From the IMG/VR virus record IMGVR_UViG_3300020138_000015, positions 1 through 31,088 of that record: DNA of 31,088 nucleotides. The stretch is one strand, 5' to 3'. Every line of letters begins with the position of its first letter. Position 1 is the first letter of the stretch. A program made the translations under genes and the position numbers. The notes beneath the pieces were generated by a model, which was not told the origin of the DNA, did not search any database, and saw only the letters and a list, made by a program, of their open reading frames with translations. Below, in pieces: positions 25,989-31,088 of the stretch. The DNA is from a virus (taxonomy: Duplodnaviria; Caudoviricetes).

Positions 25989-27335
25989 TTATGCGTTCCC
26001 GCCGATGCCAAACCCGAAGACGTGCTTGCGCTGACGCTCAAGGAAGAGGTCTTCTTCGGATTTCTTCGTGGTGGTCGTCGTGACGGTCGGTTCATCGTCG
26101 GTCGCCATGCTCTTGCGGGCAGGAACCTTCGATGTGATCTTCTTGACCGTCTCGTTCGCCTTCTTGGCTTCTTCGGTAGCGCGCTGGGTTTCGTCGGTCA
26201 GACCGTCGATGCGCTTGGTAATGGCCTCAAGGGCCTTAACAACTGCGTTGCCAGTATCGGCGGACACATCGCCCTTTGCCGATTTAGCAGACGTTTGCTG
26301 ATTTGCCACGTCAGCGAGAGCATCGACGTGGGCCTTCGCCGCCACCTTGAGTTCGTCGGACGCCTCGTCATCTTCGAGGATGCCGCTGAAAACCCCGTGA
26401 ACGGAAAAGATCAGTTCGGACATTTCGGTGCCGATCTTGTCGAGGCGGGACTGCATATCGTCCCCACCAGCCTTGAGAACGTTGCCGACCGCATTGTACG
26501 CGGCATCCATGATCGCATCGACGCCGGGGGGAACACCGTCGCTCATGCCATCCTTGAGAACGCCGATAACGTCGCCTTCCTTCGAGACGTAGGCGTTCCA
26601 CCAGTCGTATTTCTTGACGGAACCGGCATCCTTCTTGACGCCGAACTTCTTGGCATTTTCCGCCGTCTTGACGACCGGCTCGTTCTTGTCGTTACCGATA
26701 TAGGTAATACCGTCGAGTTCGTACTCCGAACCCTTCATCAGCTTGCCGGACAGCTTCTTGGCCTTCTTCGCCACGCTGTCCGAGACGATGCCGTCAGTGT
26801 CGGCTTCGGCGTCCGCGTCTTCTTCTTCGACTTCTTCATTGTCGGTAGCAGAGACGGCTTTCAGTGTAGCGACGGTCGCCATGATTTCGGTGCCGGGAAT
26901 GTCGATCTGACGATCATCGTCTTCGTACAGTTCGTCGGCGTCGTCATTCTTCGTGACCAGAAAGGATTTCTTCGTCGGAGTGATGGTGAGTTCATCGACA
27001 TTCCAGTCGTTCGCCTCAAGCCAAGTCGTCACTTCGTCGGCAGTCTTGTAGTTCGCCGTGGGAAATTCAAGGGAGCGAACGGCGGTTTTCGCCTTCGGCG
27101 TCGGCGTCGTGTCGGGATTGGCAGCGGGCGCGGACTTCTTCGCACGGTTAATGCGGAGACTTTTCTTCATCGGCATTGCTTTGACTCCTTTTGCGGGGAT
27201 GCCCGCGTGTTTCACTGTGAGGAACGGTTCTTGGTTCGCACCGTGGTCAACGAGGGACACAAAACGAGGCTCGGGGCTTCGCAGAACCATAACATTCTGC
27301 TGTACGAGTTTAACTTTCTTCGACATTCCCGGCAT
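25989..27335 (-). CDS. Scaffold protein with N-terminal protease-like strand; nested internal start at 27176
   Basis: Start revised to ATG 27335 (GGGAG RBS). FVSLVDHGAN near the N-terminus, charged helical body. AAGGAG-N8-ATG at 27176 is in frame. Confidence 0.75.
   Translation of the reverse strand: MPGMSKKVKLVQQNVMVLRSPEPRFVSLVDHGANQEPFLTVKHAGIPAKGVKAMPMKKSLRINRAKKSAPAANPDTTPTPKAKTAVRSLEFPTANYKTADEVTTWLEANDWNVDELTITPTKKSFLVTKNDDADELYEDDDRQIDIPGTEIMATVATLKAVSATDNEEVEEEDADAEADTDGIVSDSVAKKAKKLSGKLMKGSEYELDGITYIGNDKNEPVVKTAENAKKFGVKKDAGSVKKYDWWNAYVSKEGDVIGVLKDGMSDGVPPGVDAIMDAAYNAVGNVLKAGGDDMQSRLDKIGTEMSELIFSVHGVFSGILEDDEASDELKVAAKAHVDALADVANQQTSAKSAKGDVSADTGNAVVKALEAITKRIDGLTDETQRATEEAKKANETVKKITSKVPARKSMATDDEPTVTTTTTKKSEEDLFLERQRKHVFGFGIGGNA
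26285..26300. repeat. Palindrome variant (2 mismatches), intragenic
   Basis: Minus strand CAGCAAACGTCTGCTA, read in frame as Q-Q-T-S-A. Confidence 0.65.
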
Positions 27336-28053
27336 CGTCTTCAACTCCCGGTAAAGAGTATCGGTGGCTATGATCTTCGGTGTCTTCGGTTGCCGTCCCG
27401 TACACGATCTTGTGAAAATGACCGTCATCCACGGACGTATGGCCGGAAACTACCCGCCCCATGTCATTGATTTCTACACAATAAACATGGTTATGTCCAT
27501 TGCTATTTGCTGTGACGCCAAACACTTGATTTTGGATAAGCAACTCGACAACGGCGGGGACGCGGCGGGCAAGTATCTCCATTGAATACCCGTTGTAATC
27601 CCCGCTCTTTATTTTGGCCCATATATTAGGGTCGTGGATTTTCACCGACAGCACCCAAGCGCCTTCCGAATAGTCGGGATGGCCCCGCGCGATATAGCTT
27701 TCAACGGCGTTAGCCAGTATAGGCTTGTTATTGTGCATCGTGTCGATGCGGTCAGACAGCTTCTTTGCCATGAAGTCGTGAGCAAGTTGCTCAAGGTCTT
27801 CCGGCAGCATTATATCCCCGTGCGAGTCTATCACCATAGGTGAGTAAACTTCGCCCGTGACGATGTGTTTCTCGTTGTCAACCTTGCATATACGGATAGC
27901 GACGTTGACGCGGGATGATTTGCTTACACTCCCGCGCTTCTTGACGTTTGCCGAAGCGACGGCTGGGGCATATCGGCGGATGATTTCATCCGGGGACATG
28001 CGCCGTGGGCGGGGATTTGCGAGCTTTTCGATGAGAGCCGGGGAGTATTTCAT
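27310..28053 (-). CDS. Prohead protease, XkdF-like serine peptidase, with His-rich C-terminus
   Basis: IV.GEVY.P..IDSHGD, LAHDFM, ID.MH, VESYIA, G.WVL.VKI.D..IW.KIKSG.YNGYSM. ATGA-coupled to the portal gene. Confidence 0.88.
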   Translation of the reverse strand: MKYSPALIEKLANPRPRRMSPDEIIRRYAPAVASANVKKRGSVSKSSRVNVAIRICKVDNEKHIVTGEVYSPMVIDSHGDIMLPEDLEQLAHDFMAKKLSDRIDTMHNNKPILANAVESYIARGHPDYSEGAWVLSVKIHDPNIWAKIKSGDYNGYSMEILARRVPAVVELLIQNQVFGVTANSNGHNHVYCVEINDMGRVVSGHTSVDDGHFHKIVYGTATEDTEDHSHRYSLPGVEDDAGNVEES

Positions 28054-29813
28054 GCGGCAATTCCGAATGATCTGCGCCGCATACCGGCAGCGCGTTTCCG
28101 TTCCTCTCGTTTAATAGACCGTCTTTTACCCGTAGGCAAGCGCCCCGAACCCTTGTTCTTGTACTCGCTAACCATTGTAGCAAGGCCGGACTTGACGGAA
28201 TTTGCCACATCTTCGTCTGTATTTTCATCCGGCAACGCCCCGGTAGCTGCATCCAGCTTGTTGAAATACTCGGTGACGCCGGGGATATTCTTCCCTTCTT
28301 CGATGTAGTGCATGACAATCTCGAACGGGAAATCGCCCCAATCATCGGTTATCGGTTCGATCTTAATGTCGAGCATCTTGTTCGCAATCTTGATAACCGC
28401 GTTCGGGGTAAGAGCGCCAGAGGACTCGAACGCATCAAGCATCGTCGGCAGGGTTTCGGGTTCCATCATCGACGGGCCGAAGGACTTGTACCGCCAGAAC
28501 TTAGGCTGATGCGTGATAAGGATGCGATCATTGATAACCGCATCAAAGCCGTTACGCTCCGGGGCAAATATCTGGTTCTCGGCCATAAGGAGCGAAGCGT
28601 AGGCGCTTGCCCGCGTGTAGTCTTCGGCCATGCCTAAGAAAATGGGAGGCAGTCGGAAGGCGGAACGTATCTTTCTGATGTTCTTCTGGTCGTAGTCCTG
28701 AAACAACCCGTCCTGCTGACGCTCGGACAGCATCGGTTTCATGTCCACCTTTGGGGCGGGTTGTGAATGGTCAATGCCCCCGGCATCCGCATCAGTTGAT
28801 GCTTCGATGACCATGATCCGGTTCATGCTATCCCGGCCACGGCGAGCGTTCACGTATTGCTCAATCGTGTTGAACGTTTCTTCGGTCAACGCCCCGCCAG
28901 ACACAAGAACGGCCATTGCAGGGATAGCGTTTTCTCGGAAGAAATTGAGGTTCACGAGTTCGCTTTCTCTAGAACCGAGTATCGCGGGCAAGGTTCCGAT
29001 CCAGCGCGGCGTACCGTAGACACTCCCCGGCGTGTAAAGGTGAAGGTCGATGATTTCCGTTGCCATATCTTCGATAGCAAGGTTCTCGTTCACTTCCCCC
29101 GTTTTCGGGTCGATCTTTCGGGGATCGCCAAATTCCTTGAAATAGACGGATTGCCCGTGAACGCTGCGTTGCACGAACCGGCGAAAGTTCTTCACGCGAG
29201 TTTCGGTGGTGTACTCCCCGGTTTCCGGGTCGCGGATAACCAGTTCATAGGGCGTGGCCTCTGCGTCTCGCCGTGTCATTCGGATGGACGATGTTGCCAC
29301 ATGGTCAAAGCGGTGGATAACCCCGTCGAGAGAACGCCCGACCTCGAAGAACCGGCATCCGTAGGTTTCCACGTCCCACCTGGAACGTTCGCGGGCTTCC
29401 CGAAGGCTTCCGCCGCTGGTGCATGTTGTCAGGAAATGCTCAATGCGCTGTTTCTCGGCAACGGCTTCCGCGCTGTTCTCTGACCCTTCCGGGCCGATGT
29501 ATTCGAGGGTGTTGCCTTGAGACTCTATGTTCGTCACGTAGCTTTCGATGCACTGGCGCAACGTGTTATTTGAGAGCAACAGTCTATGAAGCTGATGAAA
29601 CGGATAGACCGGCTCAATCGCGGCGCTTGAGGAATACTGTCCGTTAAAAATATCGGATAGCTGGTGACTTTCCTGTGCGGCTTTTACGAGCGGGTGAAAG
29701 CTGTGCGTGTAGCCTTCCATTTTGCTCGACTTCGTGTAACCGACAAGGTTTGCAGAACCTACGCGGCGGGACGTTGAAGTGCGTCCCTTCTTTGTGTGCT
29801 TTAGCTTTAACAT
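28050..29813 (-). CDS. Portal protein (PBSX-family-like)
   Basis: IEP.YPF..L, YFKEFGDPR, YG.PRWIG, N..FFRENAIP...V.VSGG, D..F..Y......IRSAFRLPPI.LG...DY.RA, LTPN. Confidence 0.93.
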   Translation of the reverse strand: MLKLKHTKKGRTSTSRRVGSANLVGYTKSSKMEGYTHSFHPLVKAAQESHQLSDIFNGQYSSSAAIEPVYPFHQLHRLLLSNNTLRQCIESYVTNIESQGNTLEYIGPEGSENSAEAVAEKQRIEHFLTTCTSGGSLREARERSRWDVETYGCRFFEVGRSLDGVIHRFDHVATSSIRMTRRDAEATPYELVIRDPETGEYTTETRVKNFRRFVQRSVHGQSVYFKEFGDPRKIDPKTGEVNENLAIEDMATEIIDLHLYTPGSVYGTPRWIGTLPAILGSRESELVNLNFFRENAIPAMAVLVSGGALTEETFNTIEQYVNARRGRDSMNRIMVIEASTDADAGGIDHSQPAPKVDMKPMLSERQQDGLFQDYDQKNIRKIRSAFRLPPIFLGMAEDYTRASAYASLLMAENQIFAPERNGFDAVINDRILITHQPKFWRYKSFGPSMMEPETLPTMLDAFESSGALTPNAVIKIANKMLDIKIEPITDDWGDFPFEIVMHYIEEGKNIPGVTEYFNKLDAATGALPDENTDEDVANSVKSGLATMVSEYKNKGSGRLPTGKRRSIKREERKRAAGMRRRSFGIAA

Positions 29814-29830
29814 GAAAATGGCCCACTGGT

Positions 29831-29846
29831 TTGCAAACGTTTGCTA
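29831..29846. repeat. Palindrome variant (1 mismatch) between putative promoter and portal start; candidate operator
   Basis: Minus strand TAGCAAACGTTTGCAA, flanked by additional arms TGGCCCAC (29819-29826) / GTGGGCCA (29852-29859). Confidence 0.85.
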
Positions 29847-29860
29847 ATCCCGTGGGCCAG

Positions 29861-29889
29861 ATCATATTCGAGTGAGGCAGAAAGATCAA
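29861..29889 (-). promoter_or_regulatory. Putative sigma70-type promoter of the structural operon
   Basis: TTGATC (29889-29884) - 17 bp - TATGAT (29866-29861) in the intergenic gap ahead of the portal gene. Confidence 0.6.
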
Positions 29890-29901
29890 TCTTTCCGAGC
29901 G

Positions 29902-30282
29902 TCAGGCCCCAAGCCGTACCGCCAGACGTTCCTCCCCGTTCGTGTCCGAGTCTCCAAAGACCGGCGCATCGCTGACGATCCTCGAAAACACTGTCTCGGC
30001 ATGGACCATGTACTTGTCGTGCTGTTCGGGAGGGAGTTTGGTAGCCATAAGGAGGGAACGGATAATAACCATCAGGTATGACGTTCCCTTTTCATACGCA
30101 CGAACTCGCTTAGTGAGCGATGTATTCTCTGCCCGCAATACAGAGTTGGTTCTATTAAGTTGGTTAATCTGTTCCTCAAGTGCGCTGACTTCATCCGAGA
30201 GGGAACCAAGCTCGTCACGCAGCCTGTTGTGTTCATGCAAAGGGACCGTCCCCACTCTCTTTCTTTTGGTTTTCGTAGCCAT
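29902..30282 (-). CDS. Coiled-coil hypothetical protein (126 aa)
   Basis: AAGGA RBS. Heptad pattern LRDELGSLSDEVSALEEQINQLNRTNSVLRAENTSLTKRV. Confidence 0.8.
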   Translation of the reverse strand: MATKTKRKRVGTVPLHEHNRLRDELGSLSDEVSALEEQINQLNRTNSVLRAENTSLTKRVRAYEKGTSYLMVIIRSLLMATKLPPEQHDKYMVHAETVFSRIVSDAPVFGDSDTNGEERLAVRLGA

Positions 30283-30308
30283 GTTTTGTTTTTCCTTGTG
30301 TTACGCGG

Positions 30309-30737
30309 TTAATCCACCGCTTCGGTGTCCGCTTGTTTTAGTTTCCCATAGAACGGGTTTTTGCCCGTGCGGAACGGGTAGAGCGGGCAAGTGATGAGGT
30401 CGCAATTATTGGCGGCGCGGGGACCGCCCGCGCATAGGACGCAGTACCCGCGAATAGCCGTGAGCGGGGAGCGTATGCGCTGGCGGTAGGTGTTTTCGAC
30501 GTTGCTCCCGCTGTATGAACAGCGAACGAGTTTGAGCAGATCGTCCGGTGACATGCTCTTGGGGACCGGCAATACGTCCCCCGAAATCTGCGATAAGGCA
30601 CTAGCCCGTCGCGCAATATCGCTGTCCAAGTTGCCGTATATGGGGTCAACGCTAACGGTTGTAACCGCATATTCTTGTTCTTTCGGTGCTGGAAGGTCCA
30701 CCAGTTCCGCGATATTACTACGCCGTTTCATCGCCAT
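30309..30737 (-). CDS. Cys4 (putative zinc-binding) phage protein, paralog 2
   Basis: Start revised to ATG 30737 (AAGGAG RBS). SPLTAIRGYCVLCAGG.....CDLITCPLYPFRTGKNP. Confidence 0.8.
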   Translation of the reverse strand: MAMKRRSNIAELVDLPAPKEQEYAVTTVSVDPIYGNLDSDIARRASALSQISGDVLPVPKSMSPDDLLKLVRCSYSGSNVENTYRQRIRSPLTAIRGYCVLCAGGPRAANNCDLITCPLYPFRTGKNPFYGKLKQADTEAVD

Positions 30738-31088
30738 TGTTGGCTCCTTTGATCTTCTCAAGACGTTCGGTTTCTTCCTCGTCTTCGAGATAATGGAGGT
30801 CGCTGTCATCCTCCGCTTCTTCGTCAATCGTCGTGGTGAGTTTCCCGTACAGGGGATTGTTCCCCATACGAAACATCCAAAGCGGACAGTTAGTTGACGG
30901 GCAAGTGCGAACATCCGCCATGTTCCCGCCCATGCAACTCATGCAGAATGACCGAACCGCTGTCAGCGGGGAGCTAATACGCTGGCGATATTTCGCCTCC
31001 ATCCCGTCCGTATTCGCTCCCGGCACTGTATGCACACATTCGAGAAGGTCATTTATCGGAACCGTCTTAGGGTCTTTTCCGTAATATA
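30718..31088 (-). CDS. Cys4 (putative zinc-binding) phage protein, paralog 1, 5'-truncated by window edge
   Basis: Frame open to the window end (YYGKDPKTVPINDLLECVH...). SPLTAVRSFCMSCMGG.....CPSTNCPLWMFRMGNNP with an acidic tail. Confidence 0.8.
   Translation of the reverse strand, partial: YYGKDPKTVPINDLLECVHTVPGANTDGMEAKYRQRISSPLTAVRSFCMSCMGGNMADVRTCPSTNCPLWMFRMGNNPLYGKLTTTIDEEAEDDSDLHYLEDEEETERLEKIKGANNGDETA

Larger units (their letters stand above)
1..31088 (-). mobile_element. Siphovirus-type phage/prophage late region (head, tail, adhesin, lysis)
   Basis: Continuous co-oriented minus-strand genes in canonical order portal-protease-scaffold-capsid-connectors-tube-chaperones-TMP-M/L/K/I/J-fibre-lysis. 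No sheath gene and no host genes. Free phage cannot be told from prophage in this window. Confidence 0.97.

Noticed and set aside
25941-27470. 509-aa plus-strand ORF and other long plus-strand ORFs (e.g. 15528..16400, 16515..17345, 10647..11363)
   Set aside because: These are antisense shadows of codon-biased minus-strand genes, with no recognisable motifs or RBS.
694-30914. Longest-ORF starts in the track (574, 770, 1374, 3735, 4336, 8800, 14374, 24516, 27428, 30914)
   Set aside because: They overlap upstream genes or terminators. Downstream starts with an RBS or stop-start coupling fit better and were used instead.

Overview
This 31 kb window is the late (morphogenesis and lysis) region of a tailed dsDNA phage or prophage. 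Every credible gene lies on the minus strand, and there are no host housekeeping genes, integrase or terminase in the window. Gene order in the direction of transcription: two tandem Cys-rich paralogs, a coiled-coil protein, a sigma70-like promoter, portal, XkdF-like prohead protease, scaffold (with a nested internal start), major capsid protein, head-tail genes, tail tube, G/GT chaperones joined by a predicted -1 frameshift on an A9 run, tape measure, lambda-like M-L-K-I-J tail tip, three further tail proteins, a gp38-like glycine-rich adhesin, an accessory block including a Coq4-family protein, and a seven-gene lysis cassette. The two-component spanins point to a Gram-negative host. The most striking unexplained structure is a perfect 16-bp palindrome, TAGCAAACGTTTGCTA. 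It occurs six times exactly and three times with 1-2 mismatches. The exact copies sit at gene junctions, and three supply the TAG stop codon. One variant lies just downstream of the putative late promoter, and two variants lie inside genes as TAG>CAG changes. Its core matches LacI/PurR-type operators, suggesting an operator or 'stoperator' array across the whole late operon. All product calls rest on motif recognition and synteny, not database searches.
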